Shown here: piece by piece, positions 9,618 to 19,250 of the stretch | Layout of the letters: the number at the start of each line of letters is the position of its first letter | Position numbering within the stretch: position 1 is the first letter of the stretch | Assembly: GCA_038046245.1 (NCBI GenBank) | Contig: JBBSWO010000003.1 | Span: 118,959 to 182,958 of the forward strand | Source: Nanobdellota archaeon | GTDB lineage: Archaea > Nanobdellota > Nanobdellia > Pacearchaeales > GW2011-AR1 | DNA length: 64,000 bases | Direction: 5' to 3' | Notes under the pieces: generated by a model | Seen by the model: the letters and a program-made list of their open reading frames with translations, nothing else | The model's database searches: none | Told to the model about the DNA's origin: nothing | Position numbers and translations under genes: made by a program

Positions 9618-10579
9618 ACCTGCTGAGATTATACCCTGGCAAGATTGGAAAGAAATATCTAAGGAACATAAGGAATGCAGGAGTCGTAACTCCTCCAGAC
9701 AAATATTTCAATTCAATATTCTGGCTCGCAATAATTCTTACAGTTGTAACCTCTACACTATTCTTCATATTCCACGTCAGTGGCTATTTTATTCCGATTG
9801 TATTTCTTTTCTTCCATATTTTCTTTTACACAAACATAAGCTTAAAGGCGAGCAACAGGATAAAGGAAATGGAAAGTGTTTTCCCAGAAGTTATTTCTCT
9901 TATGGCAAGCAATCTTAGATCAGGAATGACGATAGATAAAGCTTTTTTGCTTGCTGCTCGTCCAGAATTCCATCCTCTTGATCAGGAAATATTAAAGACA
10001 GGAAAAGACATAACGACTGGGCAGGAAATAATATTTGCATTGAAAAAAATGAGCGAAAGAATAGAGTCCGAAAAAATCACAAGGATTGTAATGCTTATAA
10101 TTTCTGGCTTAAAGGCTGGAGGAAATATCTCTGATTTGTTGGAGCAGACTTCTCGAAACATGAAAGAGAAGGAGTTGCTTGAGAAAAAATCAAGGTCTAC
10201 GATTTTAATGTATGTTATTTTCATATTCTTCGCTGTTGGAGTCGGCGCTCCAGTTCTATTTGGACTAAGTTCAGTCTTAGTTGAGGTTGTTATAGAGTTG
10301 ACTTCAAGACTGCCGCATATGGCCAATACAGCCACGAGTTTCCCACTCTCGTTCAATTCAGTCTCGATATCTCTTAACTTTGTAGTTTATTTCGCCATAA
10401 TATTCATGATATTCTCAGATTTGATTTCCTGTATGGTCATGGGACTAGTAAGAAAAGGTGATTCCAAAGAAGGATTGAAGTATTTCTTCCCGTTAGTTGG
10501 AGCAAGTTTAGGATTGTTTTTTATAATAAGAGCACTTCTTTCAAAGTTTATACTCACAAGTATCAGAGGCTCGTTTTGA
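9614..10579 (+). CDS. Polytopic membrane protein, FlaJ/TadC-like platform protein (second half)
   Basis: Multi-TM, operon context. Confidence 0.6.
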   Translation: MNLLRLYPGKIGKKYLRNIRNAGVVTPPDKYFNSIFWLAIILTVVTSTLFFIFHVSGYFIPIVFLFFHIFFYTNISLKASNRIKEMESVFPEVISLMASNLRSGMTIDKAFLLAARPEFHPLDQEILKTGKDITTGQEIIFALKKMSERIESEKITRIVMLIISGLKAGGNISDLLEQTSRNMKEKELLEKKSRSTILMYVIFIFFAVGVGAPVLFGLSSVLVEVVIELTSRLPHMANTATSFPLSFNSVSISLNFVVYFAIIFMIFSDLISCMVMGLVRKGDSKEGLKYFFPLVGASLGLFFIIRALLSKFILTSIRGSF

Positions 10580-10631
10580 AAGCTTAGCAATGTTTAAAAG
10601 TATGATTTTCTTTCAATGAAAATAAATTCAA

Positions 10632-11342
10632 ATGGCAGAAAACAAAGTCATTACTGGAGTCTCGGGCTACGATCAACTGGTTGAGGGTGGATTCGAAAAA
10701 AATTCAATCAATCTTATAGCTGGAGGAAGCGGCAGCGGAAAAACCATTTTTGCAGTGCAGTTTTTGCTTGAAGGCCTTAAAAAAGGGGAAAGCGTTTTAT
10801 ATGTTACATTTGAAGAGAAAAAAGAAGATTTCTACGAAAACATAAGAAAAATTGGGTGGGATTTGAATAAAGCTGAAAAGACCGGCAAATTTATTTTCTT
10901 GGAATATTCTCCGGAAAAAGTCAAAATGATGCTTGATGAAGGTGGAGGAGCAATAGAGTCCACTGTCTTGAAAAACAAAATCACAAGAATGGTGGTTGAT
11001 AGTATAACAAGTTTTTCTCTTTTGTTTGATGATGAGCAATCTAGAAGACAGGCAATATTGGGATTTTTTGATATAATAAGAAAATGGGATGTCACAACTC
11101 TTTTGACTGTACAACATTCTCCAACAAACCAAAGAGACAGAGGTTTATCTTATGTTGAATTTGAAGCTGACAGCATATCTGTTCTTTATTATGTGTCCAC
11201 AGGCGGAAGAAGAAGGAGATTCATTGAAGTCTTGAAGATGAGGGGAACAGACCACTCTAAGGATATCCACGTATTTTCTATAGACAAAAGATACGGTGTG
11301 AGAGTCGGCCCAAAAGCCAATGTTGACTTGAGCAAGATTTGA
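10632..11342 (+). CDS. KaiC/RecA-superfamily ATPase, FlaH (ArlH)-like
   Basis: Walker A GGSGSGKTIFAVQFLLEGLKKGESVLYVTFEE. Size about 236 aa, typical of FlaH. Confidence 0.75.
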   Translation: MAENKVITGVSGYDQLVEGGFEKNSINLIAGGSGSGKTIFAVQFLLEGLKKGESVLYVTFEEKKEDFYENIRKIGWDLNKAEKTGKFIFLEYSPEKVKMMLDEGGGAIESTVLKNKITRMVVDSITSFSLLFDDEQSRRQAILGFFDIIRKWDVTTLLTVQHSPTNQRDRGLSYVEFEADSISVLYYVSTGGRRRRFIEVLKMRGTDHSKDIHVFSIDKRYGVRVGPKANVDLSKI

Positions 11343-11380
11343 TTGCTTTAAGAAATCTTATAAAATAATAATAATAAAAA

Positions 11381-12025
11381 TTATTCTGTTGGCTCAGTTG
11401 CTAGAAATGCCCACCAAGGTTTATGTGTTTTGGCCTCTCCTGTTCCCGCATTAATATCCACACTTACTTGCATTTTGCTCTGGAAAATGCCTAAGATTTT
11501 AGAATGCCTTTCTATCTGCACTTCATATTGGACTCTTTCATTCGTTCCATTTCCAACATCTTTTAGCTGTATTGTGCAATTATTGTCAGACGAACAGACC
11601 TTTAGTCTGAGTCTTTCCAATGCTGTTGCTGAAGCAGTGTCAGGCATTATCTTTATCTCGGCTTCTGTCCCATTTCTTAGCTTTGTTTTGAGCCGGGTTT
11701 TTCCTTCCGAATCAGTGTCAGAAGTTATATTCAGTTCAGTTTGTGCCCGAACACCATTGACTCTCAATTCTCTCAAATCCTCTGACAAGTCTCTTACGTT
11801 TAATAGCTGACCAAGAGAGGTATTATAGTCTCCTGATTTAATCTCTTCTTTTTTCTCTGCTATTTGTTCACTAAGGTCCTCGCCAATTCCTTCACTTGTT
11901 TGATTTCTATCCTCAGAGGAATTCTTATCTGAAGAATCGTTTCCTCTTCCAGATTCATTTTCTATTGCCAAAACCAGGCCTAGAGTAAGCACCAAAAACA
12001 ATGCTATAACAAATACTTTGTTCAT
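11381..12025 (-). CDS. Secreted protein with signal peptide (hypothetical)
   Basis: A GGAGGT SD-like motif precedes the ATG at 12025 (MNKVFVIALFLVLTLGLVLA). The track ORF extends further to 12067. Confidence 0.55.
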   Translation of the reverse strand: MNKVFVIALFLVLTLGLVLAIENESGRGNDSSDKNSSEDRNQTSEGIGEDLSEQIAEKKEEIKSGDYNTSLGQLLNVRDLSEDLRELRVNGVRAQTELNITSDTDSEGKTRLKTKLRNGTEAEIKIMPDTASATALERLRLKVCSSDNNCTIQLKDVGNGTNERVQYEVQIERHSKILGIFQSKMQVSVDINAGTGEAKTHKPWWAFLATEPTE

Positions 12026-12107
12026 TTTACCTCCTTTCATCCTTTTAGTAATCATGTAAAACAACAAGAAGAATGGATTATTTAAGATTATCTCTATAAG
12101 ACTAAAA

Positions 12108-12179
12108 TGCGCGAGCCGGGGCTCGAACCCGGGTTACTTCGTTGGCAACGAAATGTACTAACCACTGTACTACTCACGC
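12108..12179 (-). tRNA. tRNA-Gly (GCC)
   Basis: Hand-folded cloverleaf. Acceptor GCGTGAG/CTCGCGC with discriminator A. T-arm CCGGG-TTCGAGC-CCCGG. Anticodon loop TTGCCAA. Confidence 0.85.
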
Positions 12180-12276
12180 AATACTTAATTTTATTAGAAT
12201 TAATGCTTTAAAAACTTAAACTTTCTCCCACAACCTTTTAAATATTCTTTCCCTGTTTTACTAGAGAAGAGGTAAA

Positions 12277-13143
12277 ATGGTTTTTAGTTTTTTAGTAGCT
12301 TTGTTCGGAGCAATGGCAGGTGCAGCGGCAACAATGCTTGATAAATCAGTGTTAAGGATAAGGAAAATAGACTTCAAACTTTATCAGTCAGCATCATTTC
12401 TTGGAATAGCGCTTGTTTCACTCCCACTCATACTGTTCCTTTGGAAAACAAGTCCAGGAGCTTTCGAACTGAAAAACATCCTCATATTCATTGTGGTAAT
12501 CATAGCCTCGGTCATTGCAAACGCTTTTGCTTTCTACTCACTTAAATGGGAAAAGATAACAAATCTTGAGCCAGCCAGGTTATTAGAACCATTTTTCACA
12601 ATAATCCTTGCAATACTATTCAGCTTTATTTTCGGTCAGGCATTATATGAAAGAAATGCAAAAATTGTTGTTCCTGCTTTGATTGCCGCATGCGCTTTAG
12701 TTTTCTCACATTTAAGAAAACATCATCTTGAATTCAACAGGTATTTCATATTCGCAATTTTCGGCGCACTTTTCTTCGCCCTAGAACTAACTCTTTCAAG
12801 ATTGATATTAAACTACTATTCTCCTCTGACGTTTTATTTCATAAGATGTCTGATGATTTTCATAATTAGTGTAGCAATTTTCAGGCCAAACTTCAAAAAA
12901 ATAAAAACAAAAAGAGTGAAGTTTGAAATCCTTGTATCATCAGCAATTTGGGTAATTTTCAGGGTGTTATTGTATTATGGGTATTTGAAAATCGGGGTTA
13001 TATTGACAACCCTTCTTGTAATGCTTAGTCCTATTTTTGTTTATCTATTCGCTTGGAAATTCCTAAAAGAAAAAATTGACTGGAGAAACATTGTCGCCGC
13101 AGTAATAATAATTGCAAGCATATCGTACGCTTTGCTCGCTTAA
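12277..13143 (+). CDS. EamA/DMT-family-like 10-TM transporter
   Basis: Two repeated 5-TM halves, hydrophobic throughout. Confidence 0.55.
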   Translation: MVFSFLVALFGAMAGAAATMLDKSVLRIRKIDFKLYQSASFLGIALVSLPLILFLWKTSPGAFELKNILIFIVVIIASVIANAFAFYSLKWEKITNLEPARLLEPFFTIILAILFSFIFGQALYERNAKIVVPALIAACALVFSHLRKHHLEFNRYFIFAIFGALFFALELTLSRLILNYYSPLTFYFIRCLMIFIISVAIFRPNFKKIKTKRVKFEILVSSAIWVIFRVLLYYGYLKIGVILTTLLVMLSPIFVYLFAWKFLKEKIDWRNIVAAVIIIASISYALLA

Positions 13144-13351
13144 CACTCTGCAGATTTTGGTTTTCTAGCAATAGTTAATACACCCTCAGCAATAATATAA
13201 AGAGAACCAACAAGAGTTACAGAATTCATCACAAAATAGCTCAAGCTCAGTAGGACTCATTGCAGCATCTTCAAAAAAATTTACAGCAGGTTTGTATGTC
13301 AAAGCAATCCCAGCCAAACCTGCGACAAGAATAATTCCTCCAAGAATTCTT

Positions 13352-13576
13352 TTATTTAGGCTCATTTGGATTTGAAAATTTATCTCTGTAATTAATTCCA
13401 AGCCCTTTTAATTTTTCTATGCCTTTATGGTACAAATCTATGAAGTATTGAAAGCTATCTTTATCTTCTGGATTCTGAGCTAACGACTCAGTAGCATATA
13501 ATTCATTATTTCTGACAAATATTGACAACTCCGCCATATTATCTGGAATTCTTGATTCTATAGTATTACTTGCCAT
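13352..13576 (-). CDS. Small hypothetical protein (74 aa)
   Basis: ORF only. Overlaps the neighbouring small ORF at 13186-13401. Confidence 0.3.
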   Translation of the reverse strand: MASNTIESRIPDNMAELSIFVRNNELYATESLAQNPEDKDSFQYFIDLYHKGIEKLKGLGINYRDKFSNPNEPK

Positions 13577-13610
13577 CTTATATCAAAGTTTTTTTATTTT
13601 ATAAATTTAT

Positions 13611-15212
13611 TTAATCAAGGTCAGGCATTCCTCTAGGCATATTCATCCCTTTGCTTCCAGAACTAGCTATAACATCGTCAATTCTTAATATCATTATAGC
13701 AACCTCGCTCGCAGAATTTATTGCTTGTGTTTTTATTTTCAAGGGCTCAATTATTTTTGCCTCCAAGACATTTTCAATCTTGTTTGTGAACAAATTCAAT
13801 CCCGTATTCTTTTCTCCAGAATCATGCCTTGATTTTAATTCTGTTAGAGTATCGATAGGGTCTAAACCTGCATTTTCTGCGAGTGTAGCAGGAATAAATT
13901 CAAGAGAAGAAGCGAATTCTTCAACAGCTAATTGCTCTCTTCCGCTAAGTCCCTGAGAAAATTCTCTCAATCTTTTTGCTAATTCAATTTCTACAGCCCC
14001 GCCTCCAGGAACAACATACCCCGATTTCAAAGTGCATATAACATCTCCCAATCCGTCTTTTATTGCCCTCTCAATTTCGTCAATAACATGCTCTGTCCCC
14101 CCATGGATCAATATTGTCAAAGCTTTTGGGTTCTGACATCCCATAACATAAGTCTTTGCATCCCCGCCATTTCTTACTTCTTCAACAATTCTCGCAGCCC
14201 CAAGCTCAAAAGGAGTCAACTCGGAAAGGTTGCTTACAATTTTCCCACTCGTTGCCTTAGCGATTTTTTCCATGTCATCTTTGGAAACTCTTCGGGTAGC
14301 ATAGATTCCTTCTTTGGCAAGAAGATATTGTGCGAAGTCATCAATTCCTTTCTGGCAAAAAACAACATTGGCTCCAGAAATCTTGACTTTTTCTACCATT
14401 TCTTTTATCATTCTTTCTTCCTGCATCAAGAATCCATTAAGCTGTTCAGGAGTTGATATGGAAATCTTTGTCTCTATGTCTGGATTTTTTATCTCCAAAG
14501 GAAAATCTATCAAGGCTATCTTAGCTCCGTCAACTCTTACAGGCATGTCTTGGGAGACTCTTTCCTTATCAAAAACAATTCCAGAAATTAGTTCCGTATC
14601 GCTAATTCCGTCCCCTTTTGCTTTTTCTATTTTTATGTCCTTAACATTAATTCTTCCATTGTCATAAATCTGCTTCACAGCATCAACAATAATTCCCGCA
14701 AATTTTTCTTTAGAATCTTCAGCGCCCTTTCCGGTCATTGCAGTCATCGCAATCTGCCTTAATATTTCAGTATCATCATGAGTTACTCTTAAAGAAATAT
14801 CTTTCAAGATTTCCTGGCATTTATCAGCAGCAATCCTATACCCTTTTGTTATGACCGTTGGATGAATCTTCCTATCCAAAAGTTTTTCAGCATTCTCCAA
14901 AAGTTTTCCGGCAATCATTACAGCAGTGGTCGTTCCATCACCGACTTCAGACTCTTGGGTCTTTGCGACTTCAACCATCATCTTCGCAGCAGGATGTTCT
15001 ATCTGCATTTCTTCAAGAATCGTGACTCCATCATTTGTGACTATAATGTCTCCTGTAGGAGAAACCAACATTTTATCCATACCCTTTGGTCCAAGGGTCG
15101 TTTTCACAACTTCTGCAACCATCCGTGCAGCTAGAATATTGTTTCTCTGAGCATCTTTTCCAAGAAGTCTCTGCACATCTTCAGGCATTAACATAACTGG
15201 TTTATCTGACAT
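13611..15212 (-). CDS. ths: Thermosome subunit (group II chaperonin, CCT/TCP-1 family)
   Basis: [22 protein letters not shown] and ATP-binding motifs. 533 aa. Confidence 0.9.
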   Translation of the reverse strand: MSDKPVMLMPEDVQRLLGKDAQRNNILAARMVAEVVKTTLGPKGMDKMLVSPTGDIIVTNDGVTILEEMQIEHPAAKMMVEVAKTQESEVGDGTTTAVMIAGKLLENAEKLLDRKIHPTVITKGYRIAADKCQEILKDISLRVTHDDTEILRQIAMTAMTGKGAEDSKEKFAGIIVDAVKQIYDNGRINVKDIKIEKAKGDGISDTELISGIVFDKERVSQDMPVRVDGAKIALIDFPLEIKNPDIETKISISTPEQLNGFLMQEERMIKEMVEKVKISGANVVFCQKGIDDFAQYLLAKEGIYATRRVSKDDMEKIAKATSGKIVSNLSELTPFELGAARIVEEVRNGGDAKTYVMGCQNPKALTILIHGGTEHVIDEIERAIKDGLGDVICTLKSGYVVPGGGAVEIELAKRLREFSQGLSGREQLAVEEFASSLEFIPATLAENAGLDPIDTLTELKSRHDSGEKNTGLNLFTNKIENVLEAKIIEPLKIKTQAINSASEVAIMILRIDDVIASSGSKGMNMPRGMPDLD

Positions 15213-15282
15213 TTTATTGAGATTAATAATTTTCCAAATTTCCGAGCATATTTAAGATTTATGGTGATGAAATAATGGCAAG

Positions 15283-15291
15283 TTTTATATA
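15283..15291 (+). promoter_or_regulatory. TATA-like box (ttttatata) about 28 nt upstream of the ATG at 15319
   Basis: The spacing favours 15319 (MTTLEE...) as a leaderless start rather than 15295. Confidence 0.3.
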
Positions 15292-15318
15292 CCCTTGTTA
15301 TTGCAGAGTAATAACAAA

Positions 15319-16410
15319 ATGACAACTTTAGAGGAAGCAGTTAATGAGACAGAAAACAGCGTTTCAGATAGAGGAAGCTCGTGGAAACAAAGAGCTGGAA
15401 AGGCTGTTTTAAGAGGCGCGGGAAAAGCAGCCTACTTTATTACATTAAAACCTTTTGAAGCAGCTTATAAAAGTGTGAAAGGTAGATCTTTTGATGCTTA
15501 TGGCAGGCAAGTTATTTTTATACTAGACAATTATCAGGCGTTTGCAGGAGACTTAGAAAAAGGTACTGCACTCAGTTTGGTAAGATCAGGACAAAAGATA
15601 ACTGATATCTTTGAAGAAAGACCTGACCTATTTAAAAAAAGAGCTAGAGTTCTAGGAACAAAAAGAAGACCTCTTTGGAGACCATTTGGCGCGTACACAA
15701 ATTGGTATGGTACAGATGTTATTCGTGTTAATCTAGTAGACCGGCCGTTAAACCCAAAAGAAAGAACTGTCGTTAGCACTTTTTATAAAATGCCAATAAA
15801 TTTTGGTGTTGATTTAAGATTGACATACCAAGATGATCCAGTGTTTTACATGCTTGCACATTCAGGAGAATTACTCCAAATAAAAAAACTAAAAGGACGG
15901 GAAAGAAAAAAAGCTTCTGATGATTTTAGACAGAGAATTGATGAAGAAGTTATATCCTTTGCAACAGGGACAGCAACAGAACATTTTGCAAACACACCAT
16001 TTGAATACGCAATTCAAACTCCCATCACTCCATCAAGACTAAGCGGAAGAAGGTTAGCTCTTCAGGAAAGCAAAGGTTTGAAAATTACTGAATTCGACAT
16101 TGAAAAATATACTTTTACTGAAACTCAACAGAGAATAATTTTCGAAACATTAATGATGCAATACGCCCAAAACAGTGAAGGTGGAAACGGTTTAAGGAAA
16201 TTTACTGATGTTACAAATTCTTTGTTAGGTATTGTAAACAGATCAAACTTTAACAGAGAAGTTTTAGGATTATTAAAAAGATTTAATGAATATAGGGGTG
16301 CAGGATTAAATAGTGTTCAAGGATTTGAAAGAGCTTCTGTTTACGACGCAAATTCAGGACAAAAACCAGTTCAAGATGTTTTGTCTAATGAATTTTCCGG
16401 AGCTGAATAG
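15319..16410 (+). CDS. Hypothetical protein with atypical, non-K/I/N-rich composition
   Basis: Long ORF. Higher GC and Ala/Arg/Gly usage than the neighbours. No motif recognised. Alternative start at 15295. Confidence 0.55.
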   Translation: MTTLEEAVNETENSVSDRGSSWKQRAGKAVLRGAGKAAYFITLKPFEAAYKSVKGRSFDAYGRQVIFILDNYQAFAGDLEKGTALSLVRSGQKITDIFEERPDLFKKRARVLGTKRRPLWRPFGAYTNWYGTDVIRVNLVDRPLNPKERTVVSTFYKMPINFGVDLRLTYQDDPVFYMLAHSGELLQIKKLKGRERKKASDDFRQRIDEEVISFATGTATEHFANTPFEYAIQTPITPSRLSGRRLALQESKGLKITEFDIEKYTFTETQQRIIFETLMMQYAQNSEGGNGLRKFTDVTNSLLGIVNRSNFNREVLGLLKRFNEYRGAGLNSVQGFERASVYDANSGQKPVQDVLSNEFSGAE

Positions 16411-16451
16411 AAAGATTTATAAATGATGTTACTTAAAAATGAATACATAAT

Positions 16452-16961
16452 ATGGCAGACATAAGAATGAGGGATAAACAGGGAAGAGCCTATAGCTGGT
16501 GGGTTTCTAGACTTAGACATATTCAATATGGTGGTACAAACGCAGTAACAAAAGTTGCTGGATGGGCTGCTGCCGGTATGGCTGCAGGAATAGGAACTAG
16601 AACACTATATGAAACACTTATGAATGTGGATGCAAAATACACTGGAAATATAGCTAATCAGCTCTGGGAAGGATTAAAAGATGCAACGCCTTTTATACAC
16701 AATAATGATATTAAAACTGATTTGACCGTTACACTTTCTGCAGGAATTGTTGGTGCATTATGTTACTTAGGTGGAAGATTAATATTCGGACAAGATGGTG
16801 CTTATCCTTCAGGAGTAGATTACAACCGTGTTGCAGTTGAAACTGATGTTCAAGCTTCAGCACAAAGAGCACAAAAAAGAGCCGCAAGAAAAGCGACTGA
16901 GGCGGATTTAGAATCAAGAGCTTCAAGATCTGGAGCAAGGGTTGGAGACGAACCTCTTTAA
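16452..16961 (+). CDS. Hypothetical protein with two glycine-zipper-like hydrophobic segments and an Arg/Ala-rich C-terminal tail
   Basis: GWAAAGMAAGIG and LSAGIVGALCYLGG segments. Atypical composition shared with the upstream gene. Confidence 0.5.
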   Translation: MADIRMRDKQGRAYSWWVSRLRHIQYGGTNAVTKVAGWAAAGMAAGIGTRTLYETLMNVDAKYTGNIANQLWEGLKDATPFIHNNDIKTDLTVTLSAGIVGALCYLGGRLIFGQDGAYPSGVDYNRVAVETDVQASAQRAQKRAARKATEADLESRASRSGARVGDEPL

Positions 16962-17012
16962 TATTTAATTCTCAATTATCCTATTTTCATATAAATCTTT
17001 ATAAGTTTCAGC

Positions 17013-17588
17013 TTGCTGATTCTTAGTGTAAAAATGGAAAGAATTAGGGTTGCAGAGGTCATGACTAGGGATCCGATAACAATAAAACCGGAAACGAGCC
17101 TTTTGGACTGTGCAAAGATTATGGTCAAGAAAAGGATTGGGACTCTTTTGCTTGCCAACGGAAAAAAATTAGTCGGACTGATATCCAGAAAAGACATTCT
17201 TTGGGCATTGATAAAAAAATCTAAGCAGGACCTTTCAAAAATAAAGGCTGTTGACATTTCTCCGAAAAAAATCGCGACAGTAAAACCAGACTCAACGATA
17301 AGGGAAGCATTGAACAAAATGAAGCAGGTAAAATTCGAAAGGCTTCCAGTGATATTTGAAGGAAACCTCGTGGGAATGCTAACAGCTAGGGACATTTTAA
17401 GTTTCCATCCAGAAGCATATCCCGAGCTTGAAGAATTCACCCAGATAAGAGAAGAATCCGAAAAGTTAAGAAGAGTAAAAAAAATAAAAAACGTTACAGA
17501 AGGAATATGTGAAGAATGTGGAAATTACGACATACTTTACATGACTCACGGAAATCTTATCTGCGAGAGCTGCAGAGAAAAAATTTAA
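17013..17588 (+). CDS. CBS-domain pair protein with a C-terminal Cys4 zinc ribbon
   Basis: Two CBS motifs (VMTRDPITI ... GLISRKDIL ; MLTARDIL). CEECGN...CESC at the C-terminus. Confidence 0.75.
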   Translation: MLILSVKMERIRVAEVMTRDPITIKPETSLLDCAKIMVKKRIGTLLLANGKKLVGLISRKDILWALIKKSKQDLSKIKAVDISPKKIATVKPDSTIREALNKMKQVKFERLPVIFEGNLVGMLTARDILSFHPEAYPELEEFTQIREESEKLRRVKKIKNVTEGICEECGNYDILYMTHGNLICESCREKI

Positions 17589-17914
17589 TTACCTTCTCCA
17601 AGAAAATAACCCTCTAACTTTTGCCCAAAAATTCCTGAAAACAACCCACATCTATGATCTGTCACAAAAAAATAAAGCCCGGTTCCTTTTAACGATTCAT
17701 CAACATCAACAGCAAAACTTTCTGGTGTAGTGCCGGCATCTCTGTCTAATTTGACAACCTTTTTCTCACAAGAAGTTTGAAATCTTATAGAAAAAACGTT
17801 TGGCCTTAAAATACTCTGCCTTGCATAACCATTGCCCAAAGGAATTCCATCACGAAAAAGTCTCATTCGTAGCTCTTCATTTTCTCCCATTATGACTCTT
17901 GTCAATTCCGCCAT
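17585..17914 (-). CDS. Hypothetical protein (109 aa)
   Basis: ORF with non-biased composition. No family recognised. Confidence 0.45.
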   Translation of the reverse strand: MAELTRVIMGENEELRMRLFRDGIPLGNGYARQSILRPNVFSIRFQTSCEKKVVKLDRDAGTTPESFAVDVDESLKGTGLYFFVTDHRCGLFSGIFGQKLEGYFLGEGN

Positions 17915-18009
17915 AAAATTTTATCTTAATATTGTTTATAAGCATTTGTTTAGTTAAATATTTAAATCAAAATTCCCCTAGTAATATAAGAAAAAGGGAC
18001 AACATATTC

Positions 18010-18513
18010 ATGGTTGAAGAAGAACAGATATTTTCAAGCAAAGTAAAGTATAATGGAGTTTTTTCATTTAAAGATACATACAAATTTTGCTACGATTACC
18101 TCATAGAGGAATTTGGGCTGGATATTTCTGAAGAAAAATATGTGGAGAAAATTGCCGGAGATGCGAAAAACATCGAGGTAAAATGGAGTGCAACAAAAAA
18201 GATTACAGATTATTTCAAATTCAAGATTTCAATTGTCTATAAGGTTGACGGACTGAAAAATATTGAGATGACTCAGGACGGAGTGAAGATAAAAACAAAC
18301 CAAGGCAGCATCGAGACTACTGTTAAAGGGACTTTGATGAGGGACTACGAAGGAAAATTTGAGCAAAACGCTTTCCAAAAATTCCTGAGGGCAGTTTATG
18401 AAAAATTTATTATAACTGCAAGGATAAACGAGTTCGAGGACAAATTGATAACTTGGTGTGATAATTTTTTGGCACAGACGAAAGCCTATCTTGATCTAGA
18501 GGGAAGAAAATAA
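18010..18513 (+). CDS. Hypothetical protein (possibly starts at 17932)
   Basis: ORF only. Confidence 0.45.
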   Translation: MVEEEQIFSSKVKYNGVFSFKDTYKFCYDYLIEEFGLDISEEKYVEKIAGDAKNIEVKWSATKKITDYFKFKISIVYKVDGLKNIEMTQDGVKIKTNQGSIETTVKGTLMRDYEGKFEQNAFQKFLRAVYEKFIITARINEFEDKLITWCDNFLAQTKAYLDLEGRK

Positions 18514-18524
18514 ATTAGTCTAAA

Positions 18525-19166
18525 ATGAGAAAAGCATATCTCTTTTCTATAATCCTGTTGATTGTTTTATTTGCATTGTCAGTCTGTTCTTACCAAGTAT
18601 TTCCAAACAAAATAGCAAGTCATTGGAATGCCCAAGGAATGGCCGATAGTTACACAAATAAATTTTGGGGTTTGTTTCTCATCCCAATAATCTCGCTGGG
18701 CGTCTTTCTTCTCTTTTTGTTAATTCCGGTTTTGGATCCTTTAAGAAAAAATATAAGCAAATTCAGAAGATATTTTGATACGTTTACCGTGATAATAATA
18801 CTATTCTTTCTTTATCTCCACATTTTAACAATTCTGTTCAATCTTGGGATAAGGTTCAATTTTACGCTAATGCTTATGCCTGCTTTGGCAATTTTAATTT
18901 TTTATTCTGGAATCTTGATAGAAAACGCGAAAAGAAATTGGTTTGTGGGAATAAGAACTCCTTGGACGCTGTCAAGCGATAAAGTCTGGAATAAAACACA
19001 CGAAGTTGGAGGAAGATTGTTCAAAGCTTCTGCAGTTATAATGCTTTTAGGAATATTTTTCCCAAAATATTCCATCTTTTTCATTATTGTGCCTTTGTTA
19101 TTTTCAGCGCTTTTTTCTTTCATTTATTCCTATTACGTCTATAAAAAACTTAGAAAAAAGTATTGA
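18525..19166 (+). CDS. SdpI/YhfL-family (DUF1648 + SdpI) membrane protein
   Basis: N-terminal WN.QG....YT.KFWGLFLIP and NWFVGIRTPWTLSSDKVW motifs, characteristic of the SdpI immunity-protein family. 6 TM. Confidence 0.6.
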   Translation: MRKAYLFSIILLIVLFALSVCSYQVFPNKIASHWNAQGMADSYTNKFWGLFLIPIISLGVFLLFLLIPVLDPLRKNISKFRRYFDTFTVIIILFFLYLHILTILFNLGIRFNFTLMLMPALAILIFYSGILIENAKRNWFVGIRTPWTLSSDKVWNKTHEVGGRLFKASAVIMLLGIFFPKYSIFFIIVPLLFSALFSFIYSYYVYKKLRKKY

Positions 19167-19250
19167 TTTAAAATTTCTTGATTTTTGTTATAAAAAAATA
19201 GTAAAAGTGACAACCGAAATGCTTATATACAAATATCTTTTTATTTTCGT

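Noticed and set aside
15295-15318. Upstream ATG at 15295 as the start of the hypothetical gene
   Set aside because: It is only 4 nt from the TATA-like box. The ATG at 15319 fits leaderless spacing better. Kept as an alternative.
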